From Ignavibacteria bacterium (lineage in GTDB: Bacteria; Bacteroidota; Ignavibacteria; SZUA-365), in NCBI GenBank assembly GCA_002869275.1, contig PKTF01000131.1:4892-68891 (forward strand): a stretch of DNA of 64,000 nt. Direction: 5' to 3'. Of this stretch, positions 27,643 through 38,446 are shown in pieces. The notes under the pieces are model-generated. The model was not told the origin of the DNA, ran no database searches, and saw only the letters and a list, made by a program, of their open reading frames with translations. Within the stretch, counting starts at the first letter, position 1; every line of letters begins with the position of its first letter. Made by a program: the position numbers and the translations under genes.

Positions 27643-28770
27643 ATGAAATTTACCGCAGTGAGCAGCGATCTGCACAAGGCGCTTTCGAAGATCATCAGCG
27701 TCGTTCCGTCGAAATCGACACTGCCCGTGTTGGAGAACATTCTGTTCGAACTCACCGGCAATGACCTTCGACTCACCGCCAGCGATCTCGAAATATCCAT
27801 GGCGGTCAGCATGCAGGTAGAGGGTGAAGCCGACGGCAAGGTGGCCGTGCCGGCCAAGAAACTGAATGAAACGCTGCGTGCCCTCACAACGAGAGATATG
27901 ACCTTCACTGCGGATGATGCCTCAAACCGTATTACGCTGAAAACCGATCAGGGCGAGTACAAGATGGCGGGAGAGAGCGCCTCAAATTTCCCGGAGGCCG
28001 AGGCGGTGCAGGAAGAATTTTCTCTGCAGCTCGATCCGGACCTTCTGCGAGGTATTATCGCGCGCACAGTGTACGCGGTCAGCACAGACGATTTGCGTCC
28101 TTCGATGATGGGTGTGCTGTTTCAGTGGAAGGGCGAAGAGTTTTTCGCTGTCGCAACCGATGGACATCGACTCGTACGAATCAAACACGCCGGCGTGCTG
28201 GCAGAGGCGAATACAGAAGGGAACCGCGATGTCATCATCCCCGCAAAGGCCCTGAATATTGTTTCAAAGTCCCTCGGTGACGGTGAAGTCAATGTTGTTT
28301 TTGGTCGCACGAACGTCCGCTTCACGTTCGGTGAGATGTCGCTGCTCAGTCGCATTATCGACGAGCGCTATCCGAACTATGAAAGCGTCATTCCGCTGGA
28401 CAACGACAAGCAGCTCACCGTCAGCCGGCTTGCGCTGATCTCTGCAGTGCAGCGCTGTTCCATCTTTTCCAATGCCATTACCAATCAGATTCGTTTCTCC
28501 GTGAGCAAGGAAGAGCTGCGTGTTTCTGCGGAAGACGTCGATTTCGGCGGGGAAGCCCGCGAGGCCGTGCCGGGAGCGTTCTCGGCTGACGATGACCTCG
28601 AGATCGGATTCAATGCACGATACGTCAATGAAGCACTGCAGCATCTGTCCTCCGAAGAAGTGGATTTCTATTTCAGCGCACCGACCCGGGCCGGGCTGAT
28701 TCAACCCAAAGAGCAGAAAGATGACCTGGAGATCCTCATGCTGGTCATGCCTCTTCGTCTCAACGCCTGA
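27643..28770 (+). CDS. dnaN: DNA polymerase III beta sliding clamp
   Basis: 375 aa, three-domain clamp; MKFTAVSSDLHKALSKI ... conserved C-terminal MPLRL. Confidence 0.9.
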   Translation: MKFTAVSSDLHKALSKIISVVPSKSTLPVLENILFELTGNDLRLTASDLEISMAVSMQVEGEADGKVAVPAKKLNETLRALTTRDMTFTADDASNRITLKTDQGEYKMAGESASNFPEAEAVQEEFSLQLDPDLLRGIIARTVYAVSTDDLRPSMMGVLFQWKGEEFFAVATDGHRLVRIKHAGVLAEANTEGNRDVIIPAKALNIVSKSLGDGEVNVVFGRTNVRFTFGEMSLLSRIIDERYPNYESVIPLDNDKQLTVSRLALISAVQRCSIFSNAITNQIRFSVSKEELRVSAEDVDFGGEAREAVPGAFSADDDLEIGFNARYVNEALQHLSSEEVDFYFSAPTRAGLIQPKEQKDDLEILMLVMPLRLNA

Positions 28771-28772
28771 TC

Positions 28773-29909
28773 ATGATTCTGAACCGTCTGCGTATTTCCC
28801 AGCTTCGCAATCACGGACACACTGACATTACGTGTCCTGATGGGACGCTTCTCCTGCTGGGTGAAAACGGAGCCGGAAAGACGACAGTCCTTGAAGCCAT
28901 TGCCATGCTGTGCACTTCGCGAAGTTTTGTCACGCGGCAGGACAAGGGTATCCTGCAGGCAAACACCGACTTCTTCCGTCTTGAAGGCAGCTTCACGGCT
29001 GCGGGCGGCACGAAGCGTGAAGTCACGCTTGCATACAGCATCGATCCAGCGAAAAAGCAGATCGAACTGGATCACTCGCCGTTGAACAGCGCCTCGGATC
29101 TCATCGGACAATTTCCCGTTGTTGCGCTCTCGCCACAGCACCGTCCGATCACCGCCGGGGGACCGGGCGAGCGACGCAGCTTCATTGATTTCATCATCTC
29201 CCAGGTACACCATGCCTACCTGATGGACCTGATTGACTACAGGCGCACCCTGCGGCAGCGCAACGCGCTGCTCTCTGAGTCTGGCAGGAGTCCCGACGAC
29301 ATCAGGCATACAATCGAGGCGTGGGATCAGTCCCTGGCCGCGACGGCGATCAGGATCCTGAATCGGCGCGTGCGTTTCATCGATGAATTCACACCGTATT
29401 TTCAGGATGCGATGCACGGGGTGATCGGTGACCGTGAGATCGTGGCGCTCACATATCGCAGCTCTGTGGAAATCGATCCGGCTGCGGAGGATGCTGTGCC
29501 ACGATATCTCGAAGCGCTCCGGAAGCGATTCATGCAGGATGTCCGACGCGGTACAACGTCACTCGGACCACACCGCGACGACATGGAAATCCTTCTCAAT
29601 GGACTCGACGTGCGAGCCCAGGCTTCGCAGGGACAGCATAAATCTGTGCTTATCTCGCTCAAACTAGGCGAGTATCGCTTTCTCGATTCACATCTCGACG
29701 AAGCCCCGATCCTGCTTCTCGATGATGTGTTCAGCGAGCTCGATGACGATCGTCTCGAGCGCGTCCTGAAGCTAGTGCAGGGTCTTGGTCAGACGTTCAT
29801 CACAACTGCGAATACGAATACGCTTCGTTTCTTTTCACGGGACGACAGTGACAATCTCACATTGCGTATTGATGAGGGTGTCGTTAGCGATCTCGCGGAG
29901 GTTGCATGA
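28773..29909 (+). CDS. recF: DNA replication and repair protein RecF
   Basis: Walker A GENGAGKTT, ABC-signature-like LSQGQHKSVLISL, Walker B LLLDDVFSELD. Confidence 0.9.
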   Translation: MILNRLRISQLRNHGHTDITCPDGTLLLLGENGAGKTTVLEAIAMLCTSRSFVTRQDKGILQANTDFFRLEGSFTAAGGTKREVTLAYSIDPAKKQIELDHSPLNSASDLIGQFPVVALSPQHRPITAGGPGERRSFIDFIISQVHHAYLMDLIDYRRTLRQRNALLSESGRSPDDIRHTIEAWDQSLAATAIRILNRRVRFIDEFTPYFQDAMHGVIGDREIVALTYRSSVEIDPAAEDAVPRYLEALRKRFMQDVRRGTTSLGPHRDDMEILLNGLDVRAQASQGQHKSVLISLKLGEYRFLDSHLDEAPILLLDDVFSELDDDRLERVLKLVQGLGQTFITTANTNTLRFFSRDDSDNLTLRIDEGVVSDLAEVA

Positions 29910-30199
29910 CACCGCACTGGGGAACGACCCGTTTCGGTGCTGCGTTGCGGGATGCGCTGCGCAGGCAGGGGATCGAACGTTCCGTGCGAGAACAGGATGT
30001 TCTTGTACGGTGGGACGAAATCGTAGGTCTCGCGATCGCTCGACAGGCGCGTCCCTTGCGACTCCATCACGGTGTGCTCTGGATTACGGTTCAGGATGCT
30101 GCGTGGAGACAGGAGCTCAGTTTAATGCGCCTTGAACTGGTCGAGAAAATCAATGCGGCGGTGCAGGACGAGGTCGTGAAGGAGATTCGGCTGCGATGA
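29906..30199 (+). CDS. DUF721 (DciA-like) protein
   Basis: 97 aa; WDEIVG...AR...G.LWI.V.DAAW.QELS conserved DUF721 core. Canonical position directly after recF; 4-nt overlaps with both neighbours. Confidence 0.75.
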   Translation: MTPHWGTTRFGAALRDALRRQGIERSVREQDVLVRWDEIVGLAIARQARPLRLHHGVLWITVQDAAWRQELSLMRLELVEKINAAVQDEVVKEIRLR

Positions 30200-31590
30200 C
30201 AGGAACTGCGCCGAACACAACGGCCGAACAGCCGACGATCGCCGCGGTGGCGACACCTCCTGGAACGGGCGGCATCGCCGTGATCCGTGTTTCGGGCGAC
30301 CAGGCGATCTCCGTGGCTTCGCGGGTGTTCGTCGGCACCGATATCGAAACTGTTGACTCGCACACCGCACACCACGGCAGGATCCAGGACGCTGCCGGAG
30401 ATGTCATCGACGATGTACTGCTGACAGTGTTTCATGCTCCTCGATCCTACACAGGAGAGAACAGTGTCGAGATCAGCTGTCATGGTGGAGCGATTATCGC
30501 TCAGAGCGTCCTCAGGCGTCTTCTCGAAGTCGGTGCCGTACACGCGGAAGCGGGCGAGTACACTCGTCGAGCTTTCCTGAACGGTAAAATGGACCTGTCG
30601 CAGGCCGAAGCCGTTGCAGACCTGATCCATGCGCAATCAGAGGAAGCGAGACGCGCATCGGTGGATCAACTGGAAGGTGTACTGAGTGCCTACATCGGAG
30701 AAGTGCGCGAGAGTCTGATGAACGCCGCATCCATGATGGAACTCAGTCTCGATTTCGTGGAAGAGGATGTGAGTTTTCTCTCCGCGGCAGAACTCACAGC
30801 ATCGATCGCTGATGCCGCGCAACGCATAGAGCAGGCGCTTTCGACATACGCTAGCGGTCGTCTCATCCGTGACGGCGTGCGTGTTGCACTGCTCGGTCCT
30901 CCAAATGTCGGCAAATCCAGCCTGCTCAACCGGCTGCTCAGCAGGCAGCGCGCCATTGTCACGGACATTCCGGGAACAACGCGCGATTACCTGGAAGAAC
31001 AAGTGCTGCTGCAGGGTGAATACTTCCGTCTCATCGATACGGCAGGACTTCGCGACAGCAGCGACAGTATTGAACTCGAAGGGATGGCGATCAGTCGTCG
31101 CATCATGCAGGAAGCGGATATCGTTTGCCTGCTCAGCGATGCGCGCGAGGGCGTGGCGGCTGGAACCGGTATGCGGCTTCGCCTGGAGAGCAGCATCGAG
31201 GAATTGCCATTGCTCACCGTGTTTAACAAGGCCGACCTTGTCAGCGACGAAGAGTGCGACGCGCTGTCCCGGGAAGGCGAAGTGATCTCGGCACTTGATG
31301 GCGATGGCATCGACAGTCTGAAAAATACGCTGGTCGCCCGTGCGCGCAGCATGCGCGGCGCATCGGAAAAAGGAATGGTGCTCGTGACAAACGCACGGCA
31401 TGCCGAATGTCTGCGACGTGCGCTCGCCGCACTCGTTAACGCGAAGCAGGCAGGAGAGCGAGGGCAGACCGAAGAGTTTCTCGCATACGAAGTCCGGCAA
31501 GCCATAGACGCCCTCAGTGAAATCATCGGCGAAGTGACCACGGAGGACCTCCTCAACAGCATTTTCGCACGATTCTGCATTGGAAAGTAA
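30196..31590 (+). CDS. mnmE: tRNA modification GTPase MnmE (TrmE)
   Basis: N-terminal tetrahydrofolate-binding domain ([20 protein letters not shown]), G-domain [12 protein letters not shown] ... DTAG ... NKAD, C-terminal CIGK. Confidence 0.9.
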   Translation: MTGTAPNTTAEQPTIAAVATPPGTGGIAVIRVSGDQAISVASRVFVGTDIETVDSHTAHHGRIQDAAGDVIDDVLLTVFHAPRSYTGENSVEISCHGGAIIAQSVLRRLLEVGAVHAEAGEYTRRAFLNGKMDLSQAEAVADLIHAQSEEARRASVDQLEGVLSAYIGEVRESLMNAASMMELSLDFVEEDVSFLSAAELTASIADAAQRIEQALSTYASGRLIRDGVRVALLGPPNVGKSSLLNRLLSRQRAIVTDIPGTTRDYLEEQVLLQGEYFRLIDTAGLRDSSDSIELEGMAISRRIMQEADIVCLLSDAREGVAAGTGMRLRLESSIEELPLLTVFNKADLVSDEECDALSREGEVISALDGDGIDSLKNTLVARARSMRGASEKGMVLVTNARHAECLRRALAALVNAKQAGERGQTEEFLAYEVRQAIDALSEIIGEVTTEDLLNSIFARFCIGK

Positions 31591-31603
31591 TTCTATCACA
31601 TAA

Positions 31604-33595
<1,992 letters not shown>

Positions 33596-33609
33596 CAATT
33601 GAGGATATC

Positions 33610-34947
33610 ATGCTGATTCGCTTTTCCCTTTTTTCGCTGCTGCTTACCGCACTGATTGTGTTGTGTGCCAACGCACAGCCACGTGGAGGGGGAGGCGTTC
33701 CTCAATACGGCAATCATCTCTATGCGGAGGTGCTGCAGTTCCCTTCGGATTCGGCAGGAGCCACGCGTGTGGATGCCTTCGTGCGTGTCGCCTACGATTA
33801 TGTGATCTTTGCTAAATCTGGAAATGTCCATCCGGATTCATTGTACGTCGCCGGGCTGGAAGTAAGTATCGACATGCAGCATGATGGGATGACCATGCAT
33901 TCGGTAAATCATTCTGCGGCTGTGTACACCGGCGATTATCAATCGACTACACTGCGAGATCGGTATCTCCTCCTGCGTCAAACGTTTTATCTTCAGCCCG
34001 ATCAGTACGAAGCGGTGATCACCGTATCGGACCAGGGATCGACGCGTAATCGAATACTGCGGCGTTCTATTCATGCTGTCGATCTCTCAAAGACTGGTAC
34101 GCGAATTGGCCTTCCGATCTCCATGCAGAGCATGGAGGGGTCCACAGACGGAACCTACTCCATCTACGGATTCGGTGGGACCTTGCCGTTTGCATCCGGC
34201 ACTATTCTCGGTGTCCCCGTGCCGGAATCCTGGCAGGGCGAATGGTCGGTGCGGTTGCTCCCTCTCGACGAAGATGGAGATCCGGATGGCGAAGTAGTGT
34301 TTGACGAAACGCTTCAGCCTGTTGAGGAACTGCAGAACACGTATCCGATGGCGTTGTCTGGCCTGGTCCCTGATTTTCGCTGCATGCCGGGCGCTTCGAC
34401 TGAGGGCAGTATCGTCGTCCTGTCACTGCCCATCGCTCGACATGATGTCGGCCGGTATCGTCTCACGGTGCGGTCTGTCGGCTCGGAAAAATCCGACTCC
34501 GTCACACTGGATACGCGGATCTACTGGCGCGGCATGCCTTATTCGCTGCGTGATATCGAGTTCGCCATCGATGCGATGCGTTACATCCTGACGCTGCAGG
34601 AATACGACCGCATGCGCAGCGGGAGTGAACGCGAAATGCATATTCGCTTCCGTCGTTACTGGAAGGAAGAGGACCCTACCCCTGAAACTGAGTACAATGA
34701 GCGGATGGTCGAGTACTTCCGGCGCGTCGATGCGGCGGTGGACCGTTTCCAGACCCTGTACGAGCGCAACGGCGCCATGACCGACCGGGGGAAGATCTAT
34801 ATCCTTTTTGGTCCACCAGAGGAAACACAGCGTGTTCTCAACAGCGATGATCCGGCGGAGGAGATCTGGTCTTACCCCTCATTGAATAAAACCTTTCGTT
34901 TCATCGATCGAAACAGAAACGGAGATCTCAGACTCTATGAAGAATAA
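33610..34947 (+). CDS. GWxTD domain-containing secreted protein
   Basis: Signal peptide. C-terminal NGAMTDRGKIYILFGPPEETQRV ... EIWSY matches the GWxTD signature block (Trp replaced by Ala here). Confidence 0.65.
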   Translation: MLIRFSLFSLLLTALIVLCANAQPRGGGGVPQYGNHLYAEVLQFPSDSAGATRVDAFVRVAYDYVIFAKSGNVHPDSLYVAGLEVSIDMQHDGMTMHSVNHSAAVYTGDYQSTTLRDRYLLLRQTFYLQPDQYEAVITVSDQGSTRNRILRRSIHAVDLSKTGTRIGLPISMQSMEGSTDGTYSIYGFGGTLPFASGTILGVPVPESWQGEWSVRLLPLDEDGDPDGEVVFDETLQPVEELQNTYPMALSGLVPDFRCMPGASTEGSIVVLSLPIARHDVGRYRLTVRSVGSEKSDSVTLDTRIYWRGMPYSLRDIEFAIDAMRYILTLQEYDRMRSGSEREMHIRFRRYWKEEDPTPETEYNERMVEYFRRVDAAVDRFQTLYERNGAMTDRGKIYILFGPPEETQRVLNSDDPAEEIWSYPSLNKTFRFIDRNRNGDLRLYEE

Positions 34948-35944
34948 CAGGGAACTGCCCGTCATTGCCATTTCCATCGGAGATGTGAACGGCATCGGAC
35001 CGGAAGTGACGCTCAAATCCTTTTTGCGTTCCGACCTGTTCGACATGTGCCGTCCTGTCGTGTATGGTCCCGGCGGCGTCGTCGAGTATTACAACGCCCA
35101 GCTGGGTCTGCAGCTCGATGTCAATCTCTGTGCATCGGAGAATGACGCGCGTGAAGGCAGCATCAATGTGATTTCCGTTGAGGGCAGCTTTGAGGCAAGT
35201 GCCATCGGCGCGCCGTCCGCCGAGTCGGGTCGTGGCAGTATTCTCGCGATAGAAGCTGCTTTCGCAGCCGCGCTGTCCGGCCAGGCATCCGCCATGGTGA
35301 CAGCGCCCATCTCAAAGGAAGCGATCGCCCTCGCCGGCAGCCCGTTTCACGGTCATACAGACATGCTGGCATCACTCTGCAAAGCAGAGCACGACGGACT
35401 GATGATCCTCAGCAGCAATACGATGAACGTGGGACTGGTGACCGTTCACGTTCCGCTGCGCGAGGTGGCGGATCTCATCAGCAGGGAGCAGGTGCTTGAC
35501 ACGATTCGACGCGGGTATCACGCCATGGTGCAGGATTTTGGTATTTCGGAACCACGTATCGCTGTGCTCGGACTCAATCCGCATGGCGGTGACGGCGGTG
35601 TGCTGGGTGATGAAGATGAGAAGCATGTTCTTCCTGCCGTCGAGGATGCTCAGGCCGAAGGGTGGCTGGTCGATGGTCCATTTCCGGCGGACGGATTCTT
35701 TTCCGCGCACACAAAGCAGATGTACGACCTGATCATCGCCATGTATCATGACCAGGGACTCGTACCGTTCAAAATGCAGGCCAAGGGGCGTGGCGTCAAT
35801 GTGACCGCCGGGCTGCCCATCGTCCGAACTTCGCCGGATCACGGTACAGCGTACAATATCGCCTCACATGGACTGGCGAGTCCGGAGAGCATGAAGGAGG
35901 CCGTACATTTTGCCCATACCATCGCTTTGAATAGATTGTCGTAA
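34937..35944 (+). CDS. pdxA: 4-hydroxythreonine-4-phosphate dehydrogenase
   Basis: IAISIGDVNGIGPE ... GHTDML ... NPHGGDGG ... YHDQGL ... TSPDHGTAYNIA; canonical PdxA. Confidence 0.9.
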   Translation: MKNNRELPVIAISIGDVNGIGPEVTLKSFLRSDLFDMCRPVVYGPGGVVEYYNAQLGLQLDVNLCASENDAREGSINVISVEGSFEASAIGAPSAESGRGSILAIEAAFAAALSGQASAMVTAPISKEAIALAGSPFHGHTDMLASLCKAEHDGLMILSSNTMNVGLVTVHVPLREVADLISREQVLDTIRRGYHAMVQDFGISEPRIAVLGLNPHGGDGGVLGDEDEKHVLPAVEDAQAEGWLVDGPFPADGFFSAHTKQMYDLIIAMYHDQGLVPFKMQAKGRGVNVTAGLPIVRTSPDHGTAYNIASHGLASPESMKEAVHFAHTIALNRLS

Positions 35945-35968
35945 ACCCATTCGCAGGAGACGCGTTCG

Positions 35969-36625
35969 ATGATCGAATTTCACAATGTCCGTCTGAGTTT
36001 TGGCAATCAGGACATCTTCGATCGCGCCAACCTGATGATAGCGGAAGGGGAGTTCGTTTACGTCATCGGTGAGACGGGGATCGGCAAGAGCAGTTTTCTC
36101 CGCTTGCTGTACATGGATACAATCCCAACTTTCGGCCGGGTTCGCATCGGCGGCTATGACTCGTCGAGCATCACAAAGCATCAAATCCCGTTTCTCAGGC
36201 GTACCATCGGAATCGTGTTTCAGGACTACAGACTGCTCGAAGACCGGAGCGTCTTCGAGAATGTGGCTTTCGCCCTGCACGTGACCGGGGCGCGACGGCA
36301 GGTCATCGCATCGAAAGTGCATCGGCTGCTGACGGAGGTGGGGCTTTCCTCGAAGGAGTTTGCCATGCCGGATGATCTTTCCGGTGGTGAAAAACAACGC
36401 GTGGCAATCGCGCGTGCGCTGGTAAATGATCCGGTAATTCTGCTCGCGGACGAACCCACCGGGAATCTTGACCCAACCGCGTCGCGAGACATCCTGACCA
36501 TCTTCGATCGCGTGAACAAGCGCGGGACGGCGGTGATCATGGCGACACACGATTACAGTCTGCTCGCTCAGCGACCCGGACGCGTGATCAAAATTCAGAA
36601 CCGAAACTTCTACGATGTCGTCTGA
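35969..36625 (+). CDS. ftsE: Cell-division ABC transporter ATP-binding protein FtsE
   Basis: 218 aa; Walker A GETGIGKSS, signature LSGGEKQRVAIARAL, Walker B LLADEPTGNLD. No ftsX follows. Confidence 0.8.
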   Translation: MIEFHNVRLSFGNQDIFDRANLMIAEGEFVYVIGETGIGKSSFLRLLYMDTIPTFGRVRIGGYDSSSITKHQIPFLRRTIGIVFQDYRLLEDRSVFENVAFALHVTGARRQVIASKVHRLLTEVGLSSKEFAMPDDLSGGEKQRVAIARALVNDPVILLADEPTGNLDPTASRDILTIFDRVNKRGTAVIMATHDYSLLAQRPGRVIKIQNRNFYDVV

Positions 36626-36658
36626 TACGATTAGCAGTTTCGAAAACGGGCACATCTC

Positions 36659-38395
36659 TTGAGCGCTGAACTCTCCATACATCAGCTTCAGATCGCAGAC
36701 ACGGAGTTCATCGTCTGTGACGTCGAAACCACGGGACTGAGTCCGGACCGTAACCGCCTGACAGAAATCGCGCTGCTGCGTATGCGTGGAAATCAGGTTG
36801 TCGAGCGTTTCGACTCGCTGGTGAATCCCCGGCAGTTCATCCCACCTGAAGTACAGCGACTCACCGGCATTTCCAACGAAATGGTGTACACGGCACCTGA
36901 CGTCGAAGAAGTGATGCCGAAGGTGAAGGACTTCATTGGCGAGGCGGTGTTCGTGGGGCACAACGTACGCTTCGACAGGTCGTTCGTGGACGCGACGCTG
37001 GCACGCTGCTGCATGAAGGCACTGCAGGGACCAAGTCTCTGTACTGCGCGTCTCGCCCGCCGTCTCATACCGAACAAGGGGAAGAAGAACCTCGGTGCTA
37101 TTGCACGTCATTTCAACATCCGCATCCGCGGACGCCATCGCGCAACGGGGGATGCCGAGGCGACAGCGCGCATCCTGACACATTTCCTCACCATTCTCGA
37201 AGAGGAATTCGATATCCACGAAGCGGGGGAGCTGCTCAGTTTCCAGAACCGACAGATCTATCGCATCACCGGCGCCCCAAAATACTTCACGCGTCTGCAG
37301 AGCAATCTTTCAGAACTGCCACACGCCGCTGGTGTCTACTTCTTTCACGATAAACGTGGCGACATTCTGTACATCGGAAAGGCGCGCGATCTGAAGGAGC
37401 GCGTGTCATCATATTTTTACCACAACATCGGCCATACCGAGAAAATCAGGCGGCTTGTCCGCGGTGTGCATGGCATCACCTGGAAAACGACGGAGACGGA
37501 GCTCTCGGCACTGCTCACGGAATCGCGTCTGATCAAGCAGCATCAGCCGTCATACAACACGCAGCTCAAACGCTACCGCAAATACCCTTTCATTCGCATC
37601 GATATGCAGGACGACTGGCCCACCATCGGCTGGTGCTACGATCTTGTGGACGACGGTGCTGAATACTTCGGGCCTTTCCGGTCACGTTTTGCGGTCGAGG
37701 AGGCGCTCGACGGCATCAACAAACTGTTCATGCTTCGTGAATGTGAAGGCACACTCCACCCTGATCCGAAGAACACTCCCTGCCTCTATCACGATATCAA
37801 GCGCTGTGGTGCGCCATGTGCCGCACTCACCAGCGGTGAAGAATACCGGCGTGAAGTCGATGACATCGTTCTGTTTCTGCAGGGTGAGCAAGACAGTGTG
37901 CTGGACCGGCTGCGTCTGCGCATGGAGAAGAGAGCGGAGCAGCTCTACTTTGAGGGCGCTGCTGTTCTGCGCGATCGCATAGAAGCCGTGGAAAAAATCA
38001 TTCGCCAGCAGCAGCTGATGGTCCATTCGGTTCGTCGGCAGAATCTGGTCATCATCACACTGGCCCGTCGCAGCAACGTAGAAGTTCACCTGATCAAGGC
38101 CGGCATGCTTGCAGCGCAGTTCCTTGTGGACCAAAAAGGTTTCTCCCGTGATCAGCTGTTCAGAAGTCTCGAGGACGTGTTTTCCTCACGGCAGGCGGAA
38201 CTGTTCACCGGCCGACAGGAAGACATCGATGAAATGCGCATTATCGCCAGCTGGTGTCTGAACCGCCGTGCCGATTCCCGAATCCTTGACGTGCTTGACG
38301 ACGTGACGATAGAGGAGCTCACAGGCGTGGTTTCGGATGCCATCCTGCACCAGGATGAGGAATTACACACCGGTCAGGCGATGAACGAACAATAA
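36659..38395 (+). CDS. DnaQ-family 3'-5' exonuclease fused to a GIY-YIG (UvrC/Cho-like) nuclease domain
   Basis: Exo I FIVCDVETTGL, Exo II FVGHNVRFDRSF, Exo III HRATGDAEAT. Then GIY-YIG: GVYFFHDKRGDILYIGKARDLKERVSSYF ... and a UvrC-like region. Confidence 0.8.
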   Translation: MSAELSIHQLQIADTEFIVCDVETTGLSPDRNRLTEIALLRMRGNQVVERFDSLVNPRQFIPPEVQRLTGISNEMVYTAPDVEEVMPKVKDFIGEAVFVGHNVRFDRSFVDATLARCCMKALQGPSLCTARLARRLIPNKGKKNLGAIARHFNIRIRGRHRATGDAEATARILTHFLTILEEEFDIHEAGELLSFQNRQIYRITGAPKYFTRLQSNLSELPHAAGVYFFHDKRGDILYIGKARDLKERVSSYFYHNIGHTEKIRRLVRGVHGITWKTTETELSALLTESRLIKQHQPSYNTQLKRYRKYPFIRIDMQDDWPTIGWCYDLVDDGAEYFGPFRSRFAVEEALDGINKLFMLRECEGTLHPDPKNTPCLYHDIKRCGAPCAALTSGEEYRREVDDIVLFLQGEQDSVLDRLRLRMEKRAEQLYFEGAAVLRDRIEAVEKIIRQQQLMVHSVRRQNLVIITLARRSNVEVHLIKAGMLAAQFLVDQKGFSRDQLFRSLEDVFSSRQAELFTGRQEDIDEMRIIASWCLNRRADSRILDVLDDVTIEELTGVVSDAILHQDEELHTGQAMNEQ

Positions 38396-38421
38396 AAAAG
38401 GGAGGCCGGACCGGCCTCCCA
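38395..38421 (-). terminator. Rho-independent terminator for the minus-strand Omp85-like gene
   Basis: GGGAGGCCGG a CCGGCCTCCC hairpin; on the minus strand it is followed by TTTTTT (AAAAAA at 38395-38400 on plus). Confidence 0.65.
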
Positions 38422-38446
38422 ACAATTGTCGATACGCTTTCCGCGT

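Noticed and set aside
35864-37219. 451-aa minus-strand ORF
   Set aside because: Antisense to ftsE and the DnaQ/GIY-YIG gene, both of which carry unambiguous catalytic motifs; shadow ORF.
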